A stretch of 64,000 nt of DNA from Candidatus Hodarchaeota archaeon (GCA_048886685.1 JBHLKM010000020.1:11301-75300); one strand, 5' to 3'. Numbered from the stretch's first letter, positions 51,601 to 60,079 are shown. Notes: generated by a model from the letters alone, not told the origin. Made by a program: numbers and translations.

Positions 51601-53622
51601 GTAAATTTTACTTTTGTATATATTGATGATCTAAAGGGTACAAAAATTACTGATTTAAGTTCTCAATTCTATATTTGGGAAAGCTATGATCAAGCGGGAA
51701 ATGTAATTGACACAGGACAGGGAAATCTTATCTCTACTTTAGATAATACATATATTTTGGATTTTGATACTCAAAATCGAGCAGTTGGAGAGTATCTATT
51801 AGTTCTTACAGTTGACAAAAATAATTATGATCGAAAGAATGGGATGCTCCTTCTTACTATTAATAAACGGATACTTAATTATTCTCTAAGTGAGAACTTT
51901 AAGGATTTTAAATCTAGTGTCGTCCAAGGTAAAACAGTCCCTATAGAATTAACTTTGACAGATCCTACACAAGGAGATATATGGGTAAATAATGCGACAG
52001 TGGAGTTGATAATTGGGAGTACTACGTTTGAGTTAGTACCAATTGGAAATGGAACTTATACTTATGAATTTTCCACTAAGGATATAAACGCTTTTTTCAC
52101 ATCCAAAACTATTACAGGAAAGATAAACATTACAAGAGAGAATTATGTTTCTGAAGAATTTTCTGTTATAATTGTTGTTAAAATGGAGGAAATATTCCCT
52201 GGAATACCAACTTTTTATTTCTTATTGGTATCTTCTGCGGTTCTAGTCTTGGTAGGCAGCATTGTTGGATATAAAGTTTATCAGAATGCAAAAATCCCAT
52301 CATTCGTGAAGAAAGTAAGGACAATGAAAAAATCAATAAAAGGGAATAAAGATATACCTGAATCTGTTTTATACCGGAATAAAGAAGTTTTTATTGCAGA
52401 AAGAGTAAGTAATAAATGGGAAAAACTTGGATTCTCTTTAGGTGAAATATTAGAAATAGAGGGCAAAATTGAAAAAGCTACAAAGGAAAAGAGATTAAGC
52501 GAAATTGTAAAAGTGCATGAGATAAAACCGATTGGATTAATCTTCATGAGATGGGATGAAAGGATTGGAACAGAAATTATGGCTAAATATCCACAAGAAA
52601 TTGTAATTTCTGAAAAAACCCTTATGCAAGTATACAGTACACATGAATATAGCGGTGAAAAAGGAGTTATAACTCTCACTGCAGGCTCGATGAATATCAT
52701 ATCTTATTATTCTGGACCTGAACATGGTTATTACATTCTTCTGATTTTAAATTTAGATGATGATCCCGATCTTTATGAAAGTGGTATGGCAGATGTTTTG
52801 AGAATTCTCTTAGAAAACATCAAGGATGAGGCATATATAGAACTTTTACCCTCTATTTTCCAGCGTTTAACATTATACCCTTCTCTAAGTGAGGAGGAGA
52901 TTCTTACTCTTTATTATCAAGATGAGATAAAACAAGTGATCATAGAAAATTTGAGAGAAATCGGTTTGATAACTAAATCAGAATTGACAGTATGGCTTAG
53001 AGACAAATTTGCTGAAGAGTTTGTCGATTTAGATTCTACCCTCTCTGAAATGTTAAAAAAAGAAATTATAAAACAAGTTTCTGTTAAAGGTTTACCCTCG
53101 GAATTGATTTTCTTAATTAACGATTTCTTTATGCTTAGAGTACCTCCTGTACAATTACTTGAAGATCCCTCTAATCGTGGTTTACCTCTTCGGTTTGTTG
53201 AAGAATATTTGACCGATGTTAAGGAATTTTTTCAGAACTACAAACCTACCATGGAAGATAATGTAGCTATTGTAAATATTTTTACCAATCCTGAAGTCTA
53301 TCAGATTTTAAGACTTTTAAGAACGAGGTTTGCCACAAGACAAGATCTTGAAAAATTGCGGATGAAAGGTGTGAAAGACATCTATGGTGCATTGAAATTA
53401 CTATGGGATACTAAAATGATTAAAATTTTCAGAGATGAGAAAAATAACGAGTATTATACTCTACTTTCTGATTTTTACGTTGATCTCCTTTTTCCAAAGT
53501 ACATCTTGCAGATCATTAAAAAATCATATGAGCAAAAGTCAATCCCAAATAAAGCGCTAATTGAATATCTCGAAATTCTTGAAGATACCTATTATGACTT
53601 AAAATCAAAGAAAAAAAAATAA
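45646..53622 (+). CDS. Giant single-pass surface protein B, tandem paralog of 37451..45484
   Basis: Same architecture with three DUF2341/LamG modules; TM near 52210-52272; PIGLIFMRWDERIGTE cytoplasmic domain. Confidence 0.88.
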   Translation: MKTSRNQLITIKKRITVLSLLLFVLIIPLILSSPLFSNLYRTNFAEDNDDKVNDKTELTPKLSAPFNAHYFKYYKLITIDHNQVSGTSGLTNFPFLLSIYDADLRSDVQSDGDDIAFSLTNVWLDHEIEVFNQTYNGTHAKLVVWVRIPVLSVIIDSIIRMYYGNNTMSSRQNPKGVWDNNYKAVYHMNQNPSSSSVLDSTSNNYDFTPGSGFVSGDLVDGIIGKAIEFGGVNTQYLELTSGFSNPTTSLSLEMWFRPQLFNTYQRYFTARWSYPDLRLLADNSISTRIRNNLGNISSTQSTILWLDQYYHFVMTWQGGSVGRQKHYLNGTLITDDYDAEALGTSSSWTGYNLGSDTDHTDPIGAFIEEFRISSNVRSADWYETEFNNQYNPNSFYTIGAEQEVVWEPPNAHYFTYYKLITIDQNEVSGTGIHTNFPYLFSFIDYDLRYHAQPDGDDIAFAVDGDWLDHDIILFNQTYNKTHAELRVWVQIPSLYTTKDTIITMFYGNSTMSSRENPEGVWDSGYAAVYHLDDDFLDSTTNNRDGTNSGSVDVIGKIGDGQDFEHDDGSDNIDIGTWSISGYQITIQAWVKYESFDSIWSGYSDARILSKNSGSSDGSEYHVWMLGTYNESVNENGPYNLRGRIKTGMDDATGTSTVEATDPSGRLSIDEWYLISIKYDGTNIYLVLDGNTVLTQSKTGPLRENSWPIFIGNSPTGNRPIDAIIDEVRISSVIRSDDWLKTEYDNQNDPTSFGTVGEENVLNEDPPNALYFDYHKVITIDHTKVNGTGSHVNFPFLISILDEDLRYDVQSDGDDIAFSLDGQWLDHQIELFNQSYSSSQAKLITWVRIPFLSTVLNTSIIMHYGNDSMSSLQNPEGVWVAYKAVWHLNEQSGSGYYIKDSTSNSYDGSPFGTQFIDSGQIDGSRSFSGIGDNRIIIDRGSEFFDGDNMFTFSFWIYPNYEDDLEWQSMTDRWVFSKTSSVRMSRLWRQSFLPAGQGRFQADIQFETFGTTYLNVLVYRQQWAYITYSYDGTYLRAYTDGELGSSQYIGGFPLITDTSSFYLGRFDSFKGFLDEFRVSSVSRSDGWIAAEYNNQYSPNTFYNVGDEEYSKPIAFVDAQINAVDLYGNFLPNVTISMYQNIDLIESDITNGNGAVSFTNIIKGEYNFTATISSIIANVTEPVNVTPQAILLDEAFQTITLICNITSHFFEIIDLDSSPVESGWIMVGNDTHILQKCVIDLTGHTTFRWVEAPPSEYNYTIYYRDIIYNPSTLELASGDITTENATIQVQVDLTTIEFTVLTLDSPITPVSGAKLKLTVGDPFGASIVNLTTNLDGKATLRWLDSSGIGDDYCLQIEFFGENRLFNDTITLTSFANNLSFTVVNKDSMELRISINLNLFQTELISLNPTDYIDVEWGSLLKLRALFNVSRVETGYKHLLGPSYADSMIYEVLLGGDNVLSGSFLKEVENDGRYFVNLDTSQISSNEKYIIIVSAYKSGYSLPSDLIFQLEISEKQIQLNQSDNDDSGSSAYWLESVNMTLNSYGQNSETLTIENALFQSVDHEFNFMISDVHQQWNLSKIVFNIYDISWNTDISNINITIEDAYGSFSYTFDNSTHSGWDYTQGTWTGITLTLNQASGTNDNTFEFIISGTFDGTVDIIADAYFIRDALNVQYSKFNVSNELFLLTEIEGWAIKNMTFEISNCYYTSNWSKVDLSTLTNLNITTNENFKYSLDYGYLDGTGILTIDDRIIYPLGNQFLFTVESFPDVIFDAIIKVDYIQEFYKTHTLETYNLTKTEQGVSNGGLFQIDLSQNSWTNQEAILWITNIKDGSNYYFPSEVGMNITIGSQTYSISDFARGTGKISLKGFNINQIFQAVIDTSPYVNFSLVLSVKYVRSVSYEVVGSLSYTILEAPSAFGTVQYDSNLGYYLKTIETSLLDADDYTVRFTINKDHYQLKIKDLKLKISNRPTLLNSSSEFFRKIESIYVNDLVNFTFVYIDDLKGTKITDLSSQFYIWESYDQAGNVIDTGQGNLISTLDNTYILDFDTQNRAVGEYLLVLTVDKNNYDRKNGMLLLTINKRILNYSLSENFKDFKSSVVQGKTVPIELTLTDPTQGDIWVNNATVELIIGSTTFELVPIGNGTYTYEFSTKDINAFFTSKTITGKINITRENYVSEEFSVIIVVKMEEIFPGIPTFYFLLVSSAVLVLVGSIVGYKVYQNAKIPSFVKKVRTMKKSIKGNKDIPESVLYRNKEVFIAERVSNKWEKLGFSLGEILEIEGKIEKATKEKRLSEIVKVHEIKPIGLIFMRWDERIGTEIMAKYPQEIVISEKTLMQVYSTHEYSGEKGVITLTAGSMNIISYYSGPEHGYYILLILNLDDDPDLYESGMADVLRILLENIKDEAYIELLPSIFQRLTLYPSLSEEEILTLYYQDEIKQVIIENLREIGLITKSELTVWLRDKFAEEFVDLDSTLSEMLKKEIIKQVSVKGLPSELIFLINDFFMLRVPPVQLLEDPSNRGLPLRFVEEYLTDVKEFFQNYKPTMEDNVAIVNIFTNPEVYQILRLLRTRFATRQDLEKLRMKGVKDIYGALKLLWDTKMIKIFRDEKNNEYYTLLSDFYVDLLFPKYILQIIKKSYEQKSIPNKALIEYLEILEDTYYDLKSKKKK
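49249..49740 (+). repeat. 492-bp identical direct repeat, copy 2
   Basis: Identical to 41108..41599 by eye. Confidence 0.9.
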
Positions 53623-53657
53623 AATTCTAAATCTCTTTTTTTTATTTTTATTATTTA

Positions 53658-53736
53658 ATAAATCCGATCCCGAGCAGAGATTTCATCAAATAACTTTCAT
53701 TATGATTTTTTATTTGAATCATTATATTGGATTTAT
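53658..53736 (-). promoter_or_regulatory. Eukaryote-like SECIS element in the 3' UTR of 53738..54655
   Basis: Helix I AUAAAUCC/GGAUUUAU; core AUGAU (53722-53718) / UGAA (53685-53682); helix II UCAAAUAA/UUAUUUGA; unpaired AAAA then mini-stem UCA-UAA-UGA. Confidence 0.85.
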
Positions 53737-53737
53737 A

Positions 53738-54655
53738 TTAATCACAATCTTTCGCTTGTTGCTGGTTAATCTTAATAAATGCTTCTTCTTGAAGATTTCG
53801 TTGTTTTGACTTTATAGATCTATTTACTTGATGTAAGTGTTTCATTGCATCATTTTTTCCTTCTTTAATATTATCAAATAACTCTTCTTTACTAAAACCT
53901 CCAGAAATTACAAGTGCTGTTTGAAAAGATTGATTAGGTTCCAATGTCATAAATTCAATTTGTATCACAGATAAAATTTCTCCTTCCCCCTGAAATAATG
54001 TATTTGAAAGATTTAAATTTTCTTGATCTATTTTGAAATCTTTAGTTAAGCATGTCTCGTAATTTGTTGATTTTGAAATCGGAGAAAATCCACCATATAA
54101 TCCGGTTTTATCGTATTGGTAAATGATGTCATTTTCCTTGTCATAACCTGATAGATCATTATCATAACCTTCCAGTCCATTAATATCAAAATCAAAGACA
54201 AAATACATAGAAAAATCTTTCAGGGCAAAATCTGAGATGTTTTTCACTGTAAAAAAAGTGCTGATATACGGAACTTGAGGAGGATTAAAGATATCTTTAT
54301 ACACCCTTACAAATTCTTTTTTCTTTAAATGAACTGATTGCAACCTATTTTCTTCAGCCAATTTCTTAAGATACTCAGTTATATTAAAATCTAAGGTAAT
54401 TCTACTTATAGCTGTCCCTTTTCGAGTATTTACCATATTATAAACAGGGGTAGGTTCGATATTTCTTAGAATCACTGGAATTGAACCAATTCTTTCACCC
54501 TCTAATTTAAAACTAAACCAAGGACCTGTTAATTCTTGTTCACTAAGATATACAAGGTATTTTCCCTTGTATGTAAGCTCTTTTATCGAAAATCCCATAA
54601 CATATCCACCAGCGTTTCAAGTTGTGAGCACATCGTGCCAATCTACCTTGATCAC
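53738..54655 (-). CDS. Putative selenoprotein of unknown function (305 aa, Sec13 at TGA 54619..54617)
   Basis: AGGAGG (54674-54669) then GTG 54655: MIKVDWHDVLTT-U-NAGGYV continues in frame into the track ORF 53738..54598. A SECIS follows the true TAA stop. Confidence 0.8.
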
Positions 54656-54765
54656 TATCTTTTTTTAACCTCCTTTTAATAATTCTGAATTCTTAATTTT
54701 ATATTGTTCACGATATCAAATATTTAAAATAATGAGGACTCATAAAAAAGTTTGTTTCTTTAAGA

Positions 54766-55743
54766 TCATAGAATCTCAATTACTCTGTAAGCAATATATA
54801 AAAATGCATCGTTAACATGTAAGCCTGTCTTAGCAGACGTAAGAATATAGTGAAAATCGAACTGTTTAGCAACATCTTTGATATCATCTTCACTCATTAA
54901 TGACTGATCAATCAAATCTGATTTATTTCCAACGATAACTATTGGAATACTTTTAGATACTGAGCTTTTAATGTCATTATACCATTTTTCTACACTTTTC
55001 AGATTGTCTTGACGGGATCTATCAATTACAATGAATGCAGCATCAGCACCATTATAGAACTTTGTTCTGTAAGGTGCCATCTGAAAACTCTGACCTCCGA
55101 TGTCCCAAATAATGAAGTTCATTTTTATTTTGTCTGATAAATCAATTGATTTTTTTGATACTTGAACCCCAATTGTAGATATATAATCCTCTTTAAATGT
55201 ATTCTCAACAAACCTTCTAATAAGAGAAGTTTTCCCTACTTGATAACTTCCAGTTAAAATTAGTTTGTGTGAATATTCTCCTGCCATTCTTGGGAGTTCT
55301 CCCTTCTTAGTTTTTGCCAATGCTTTTATAATTTCAGGGATCTCCAGAGAAACTTCTTCATTACCCTCTAGAATTAATTCTATTTTTCCAGCTATATGTG
55401 CTGAATAAACCTTTAATGCATTATCATTTGTAGATTGGTCTGCAACTGTTGTCAAAATGGATTGTGGACCTTCTGAGCAAAAGACAAATTTTTTATCTCC
55501 TGTGGTAGTCATATTAAAAAAACTCCCTTTGGTTCCAAACTCACTTTTAATTCGGTCTATATAATTATCAAGCATAGCTGAAATTGCTCCAATAATTGAA
55601 TCTGACTCTTCTTCATCTCCTTCTTTGAATTCTGAAGCAATAATAAATCCATTTCGATCACAAATAGCTACACCTAAAATACCCTCAACTTCATTGGAAT
55701 AACTTTTGAGAATTTGCCTTAAGCGACTTGGGAGGTTTTCCAT
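54766..55743 (-). CDS. Roadblock + Rab-like small GTPase fusion
   Basis: ICDRNGFII, GAISA; GSYQVGKTS, YISTIG, WDIGGQ, NKSD, TSAKTG. Paralog of the C-terminal half of 35144..37198. Confidence 0.92.
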   Translation of the reverse strand: MENLPSRLRQILKSYSNEVEGILGVAICDRNGFIIASEFKEGDEEESDSIIGAISAMLDNYIDRIKSEFGTKGSFFNMTTTGDKKFVFCSEGPQSILTTVADQSTNDNALKVYSAHIAGKIELILEGNEEVSLEIPEIIKALAKTKKGELPRMAGEYSHKLILTGSYQVGKTSLIRRFVENTFKEDYISTIGVQVSKKSIDLSDKIKMNFIIWDIGGQSFQMAPYRTKFYNGADAAFIVIDRSRQDNLKSVEKWYNDIKSSVSKSIPIVIVGNKSDLIDQSLMSEDDIKDVAKQFDFHYILTSAKTGLHVNDAFLYIAYRVIEIL

Positions 55744-55866
55744 ACATAATCACACTTACTATAAGGTACTTTAAGATTATAATATCCTTAGATAATATAA
55801 ATATAGGTATTAGGATAATATTATAGTCATATTTCTGAAGACATCAGCATACCATATTATTTTTAA

Positions 55867-56055
55867 TTGATTTTCCGCAATTATTCATTTATGATTAGTG
55901 ATTCCTCCATAAAAGATGATATTGCAAAATGTGAAGAAAATATAGCCAAAATTTTAGATCGAGCAGTAAGACTCTTTAGACGAACAAATCTTCCTGAGCT
56001 TGCTGATAAATGGGACAGGATATTAAAAACATATAGTACGAAAAAAGGAAGATAG
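55867..56055 (+). CDS. Small helical hypothetical protein or gene fragment
   Basis: 62-aa ORF with protein-like composition that fills an intergenic gap; no motif recognised. Confidence 0.4.
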   Translation: MIFRNYSFMISDSSIKDDIAKCEENIAKILDRAVRLFRRTNLPELADKWDRILKTYSTKKGR

Positions 56056-56148
56056 TTGGTACATGTTTGAACCCTAAATGCAATTTTGTTTATTAAATTT
56101 AAAAATTGTCACATAAAATAGAGATGTATAGAATAAGAAATCATTAGA

Positions 56149-56721
56149 TCACAAAATTCCTTTAGTGGAAGGAATATCATCTGATATGATTCTTTTTGCT
56201 TCTTTAATAGCTCGTGCTAAAGCTTTAAATACAGCTTCAATTTTATGATGCTGATCTTCACCATAAAGTACATGAATGTGAAGGTTCATTTTCGCATTTT
56301 CCGCAAAAGAATTAAAGAAGTGTTTTACATCCTCCACAGCAATATCTTCTATATCACATTCTTTTAATCCCAAATCTAAAATTAGTGTTTTTCGATTACT
56401 AAAATCTAGCACACATCGTGCAAGGGTTTCATCCATAGGAATTAGCGCAGACCCATACCTATTTATTCCTTTTTTATCACCTAAAGCTTCATTAAATGCT
56501 TCACCTAGTGAAATACCAATATCTTCAATAATGTGATGGGTTAGATCTCCTGTAGCTTTTAGTTTAATGTCACTAATAGAATGGTTTGCAAGTAATCTTA
56601 ACATATGATCCATAAATTTAAAACCAGTATCAATCTCATTTTTACCAGTACCATCTAAATTCAATTCAACAGTAATTTCAGTTTCGCTTGTTTTTCTTAT
56701 GATTCTGGAAGTTCGTACCAT
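56149..56721 (-). CDS. hisB: Imidazoleglycerol-phosphate dehydratase
   Basis: RKTSET, MDHML, HHIIED, PMDETL, HHKIEAVFKA, PSTKG. Confidence 0.97.
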   Translation of the reverse strand: MVRTSRIIRKTSETEITVELNLDGTGKNEIDTGFKFMDHMLRLLANHSISDIKLKATGDLTHHIIEDIGISLGEAFNEALGDKKGINRYGSALIPMDETLARCVLDFSNRKTLILDLGLKECDIEDIAVEDVKHFFNSFAENAKMNLHIHVLYGEDQHHKIEAVFKALARAIKEAKRIISDDIPSTKGIL

Positions 56722-56788
56722 ATACTTAACACCAATGAATAATATTAAAACAAAGATTATAATTTTTGGGAATTTTTATTTAGTTATT

Positions 56789-58171
56789 ATGTTAAAAATT
56801 TCAATGATCGGTGCTGGCTCTTTTGTTTTTGGTGAAACTGTGACTACTGATATCTTTACTTTCCCAGCACTCAGAAAAGATGCACTTATTTGTCTTGAAG
56901 ATATTGATCCTAGTCGTTTAGATGTCATGTTCAGATACATTAAGAAAATAATAGAAGATAATCCTCAGGCACTTAAAAATATACAAATTGAAAAAACTAC
57001 AAATCAAAAAAAAGCAATTGAGGATGCTAAATATATACTAAATGCTATCCAGGTTGGATGGTTAGATGTGATGAAATATGATTTTGAAATCCCATTAAAA
57101 TATGGGGTAACTCAATGTGTAGGAGATACTTTAGGGCCTGGAGGTGTATTTCGATTTCTCAGAACAGTACCCGCCTTAAAATCAATTATAGAAGACATTC
57201 AAGATGTTGGATATAATACTGGAAAAAATAGAGATAAACCACTTTTTCTGAATTATACAAATCCAATGGCAATGAATACTTGGTACTGTAATACTCTTTT
57301 ACCAGATTCTACAATTGGTCTCTGCCATGGAGTTCAAGACACATCTAATCTGTTAAGACGCTCAACTAGAGTAAAATGGGAGGATTTTAGTTTTTTTTGT
57401 GCAGGTATTAACCATATGGCTTGGTTTTTAGAAATTTGGTATCGAAAAGATAAAAATTCATCATGGGAAGATGCGTATCCAAGAATAAAAAAAGAACTTA
57501 CTGAAAATCCTGAATTCAATAAATTTGTTAAATTGCGTTTGGATATGATGAATGCGTGCGGTTATTTTATGACTGAAAGTTCCGGTCATCTCTCCGAATA
57601 TTTACCTTATTACCGGAAAAGAAAAGATCTTGTAGAGAAATATAAGGGGATTAATCAGTTTTATTCGGATTTAAAGCATGGATCTTACTATGATTTATGT
57701 GTCCTACTTGAAGGCCAAACAGAAAAAAGATATAAAAAGAGATTAAATAAACCTAAGTTAGATATTAAAAAAGGAGAAAATAAACCATCAACTGAATACG
57801 CATCTCATATAATAAATGCAATTGAGACAAATAAACCCTTTAGATTTAATGGAAATGTAATTAATAAACAAAGAAGTTTAATAACTAATCTACCAAAAGA
57901 TTGTTGTGTAGAAGTTCCAGTCTTTGCAGATGCTCATGGTTTATACCCTCAAGGAGGGATAGAATTGCCCACTATTTGTCAAGCACTATGTTTATCAAAT
58001 ATCATGGTCCAAAAGGCTGCAGTAGAAGGAGCACTTGAATTAAATAAAGAGAAGATCTTTCACGCTGTTATGTTAGATCCTAATACTGCAAGTGTTTGTT
58101 CTCCTCAAGAAATTCGAGACATGGTAGACGAAATGTTCGAAAAGGAAGCCAAGTGGATTCCACAATTCTAA
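56789..58171 (+). CDS. melA: GH4 NAD-dependent glycosidase, alpha-galactosidase-like
   Basis: KISMIGAGS, GDTLGPGG, NYTNPM, GLCHG, AGINH, TESSGH.SEY. Start moved to ATG 56789 to avoid overlap with hisB. Confidence 0.9.
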   Translation: MLKISMIGAGSFVFGETVTTDIFTFPALRKDALICLEDIDPSRLDVMFRYIKKIIEDNPQALKNIQIEKTTNQKKAIEDAKYILNAIQVGWLDVMKYDFEIPLKYGVTQCVGDTLGPGGVFRFLRTVPALKSIIEDIQDVGYNTGKNRDKPLFLNYTNPMAMNTWYCNTLLPDSTIGLCHGVQDTSNLLRRSTRVKWEDFSFFCAGINHMAWFLEIWYRKDKNSSWEDAYPRIKKELTENPEFNKFVKLRLDMMNACGYFMTESSGHLSEYLPYYRKRKDLVEKYKGINQFYSDLKHGSYYDLCVLLEGQTEKRYKKRLNKPKLDIKKGENKPSTEYASHIINAIETNKPFRFNGNVINKQRSLITNLPKDCCVEVPVFADAHGLYPQGGIELPTICQALCLSNIMVQKAAVEGALELNKEKIFHAVMLDPNTASVCSPQEIRDMVDEMFEKEAKWIPQF

Positions 58172-60079
58172 TTATATCTTATTCATAAACTCTAAAATAT
58201 GTGCCTGATATGAATCAGAGATACCATAAAGCTCAAAAATTAGGTTATCAATCTCTTTTTGGATGATGTCAGATTTCTGATCTTCATGATCATTTAAATC
58301 CAACAAAATTTCAACTTTTTTGATTATTTTCGATGCTAATTTTATTTCTTCAGTATTCTCAGGAAACTTAATAGGAAATTCTTTTATTTTCTCAATTAGG
58401 ATCCTAGGAAAAAGTTTTTTATATGACCCAAATAATTTTATAAAATAATAAGATAATAGTTTAGAATTAATAATTCCAAGTAAATAGAGATTATTAAATT
58501 CTCTTATTGGAGAGTGACAAACTTTTAAATTATAAAAAGATTGAGACGTTAAAGATAAATTTTTATCGTAAGTTGCACAGATTAAATTATTTTGGCTTAA
58601 TTGTCTAATTATTATTCTGTTTTTATAGATTTCAAAATCTTTATAATTAATTCCCCCTTTATCAGTTCTGATAAAACGATAATCTTTTACTTGATAACGG
58701 CTGATGGAATTTATAAACAGTTTAAATTTCACGTTGTCTTCATTTTGAATGGAGTCGAAAATAATTTTTTCCATTTGCCCTTCTTCAAGAAGATTTTCAC
58801 ATTCTGGACAAATTAATACCTTTTTAGGAATTGGAAAATATTTTTGGCATTTTTTACAAAAAATAACCTCTCCTTTTTTAGTTAATTCTATGCCTCTACT
58901 CAGTATAAATTGAAAATCCTCTTTTATCATCAGATCTTTTAATTTGGGAAAATTTTTGTTAAGATGGTTTATTATATTTATATCTTTATCATCAAGATGA
59001 ATTAGCAACCTATAATCCCATTCTTCCAAAGTCTTCTGAGAGATCTCTTTTGTTGCTTTATTTGAAAATTTAATTTTGATAGAGTTACATTCTCTTTCTT
59101 TAATGTCAGACTCTTTTTCTAAGACAAGAATAATATTAGACACAATAGGATCCTCAAATTGTGGACCAAGGCTGTTTATCTCTCTAATTTTTGTAGTTTT
59201 ATGTATATATTTTCTTAAGATAGAACGGTTTGATAACACTAATAAAGAATCTGGAACAATATAGCCAAGTGTACCTTTATTTCTTAAGAGTCGTATACCA
59301 ATCTCGATAAATATTTGATAATAATCATATTGACCATCGTTTGTTTCAAGATTAGCTTTCTCAATGATTTGTTTTTGTTCATTAGGAATATCTCTAATAA
59401 ATAAGTAAGGAGGATTGCCAACAACGTACTCGTACTTCTCCATTTCGTTTAAACCTAGACTATTGGAATTCAATATGTTAAAAATTGGTAGCTGATAATC
59501 CTTATCTTTATCTTTGATGATTTTCATTAACTCAAATAATTCAAAATGCGTATTGATTTGACATAAAATACAAGCAATTGGATTTATATCTATGCCATAA
59601 ATATTCTCTTTTACTTTCATTATGATATATTCTGCTTCTTCAGGTAATATTTCAGAGTAATCCCGCCTATTAAAACTTTTAAAACAACTTCTAATTAAAA
59701 TTCTAACAGCCAGAATAATAAAACTCCCTGATCCACAACTTATATCTATGAGTTTTTTTGTCTGAATATTACTGCTTTCATCATATCCCACAGCATTCAA
59801 GATATAACTCACTATAGGTTTTGGTGTATAAAATTCACCTAAACTTTTCCGTTCTTTTTGAGGTAAGGCTTTTTCATAAAACTTTCCTAATGGATTATAA
59901 TTTGAATTCAAAGAATTAACTATTTCTCTTGGAGTAAATTTATCCTCTTTCCCTTCGAATTTTTCAATAAAATTATTAAAATATTCCTTTATACCTTGAT
60001 TTAGTTGAGCGACCTTATAATATTCAAGGATTTTTTGAATTACATCGTTTCTTTTCAAATACCTTATAAATTCATTCAT
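58172..60079 (-). CDS. N6-adenine DNA methyltransferase, gamma class (TaqI/Eco57I-like), orphan
   Basis: GEFYTP, DISCGSGSF, GIDIN, VGNPPY; TaqI-C-like end (LLGIINSKL...LYG); internal CKKC...CPEC. Confidence 0.9.
   Translation of the reverse strand: MNEFIRYLKRNDVIQKILEYYKVAQLNQGIKEYFNNFIEKFEGKEDKFTPREIVNSLNSNYNPLGKFYEKALPQKERKSLGEFYTPKPIVSYILNAVGYDESSNIQTKKLIDISCGSGSFIILAVRILIRSCFKSFNRRDYSEILPEEAEYIIMKVKENIYGIDINPIACILCQINTHFELFELMKIIKDKDKDYQLPIFNILNSNSLGLNEMEKYEYVVGNPPYLFIRDIPNEQKQIIEKANLETNDGQYDYYQIFIEIGIRLLRNKGTLGYIVPDSLLVLSNRSILRKYIHKTTKIREINSLGPQFEDPIVSNIILVLEKESDIKERECNSIKIKFSNKATKEISQKTLEEWDYRLLIHLDDKDINIINHLNKNFPKLKDLMIKEDFQFILSRGIELTKKGEVIFCKKCQKYFPIPKKVLICPECENLLEEGQMEKIIFDSIQNEDNVKFKLFINSISRYQVKDYRFIRTDKGGINYKDFEIYKNRIIIRQLSQNNLICATYDKNLSLTSQSFYNLKVCHSPIREFNNLYLLGIINSKLLSYYFIKLFGSYKKLFPRILIEKIKEFPIKFPENTEEIKLASKIIKKVEILLDLNDHEDQKSDIIQKEIDNLIFELYGISDSYQAHILEFMNKI

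Noticed and set aside
37451-53622. Diversity-generating retroelement or CRISPR explanation for the repeats
   Set aside because: No reverse transcriptase, no adenine-specific mismatch pattern and no short spaced repeats. The repeats are coding paralogy.
54617-54655. 12-aa leader peptide (uORF) ending at TGA
   Set aside because: It is in frame with the downstream ORF and is paired with a SECIS, so Sec readthrough explains it better. A second start at ATG 54598 (GGTGG upstream) remains possible.
382-59264. Short ORFs overlapping longer genes (e.g. 13746..14141, 44140..44505, 52281..52700, 42204..42395, 50345..50536)
   Set aside because: Antisense or alternative-frame shadows of well-supported genes. 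The similarity of 42204 and 50345 only reflects the host paralogy.
33124-60079. Restriction-modification or defence island
   Set aside because: The two methyltransferases are 24 kb apart, with no nuclease, specificity subunit or mobility genes beside them.
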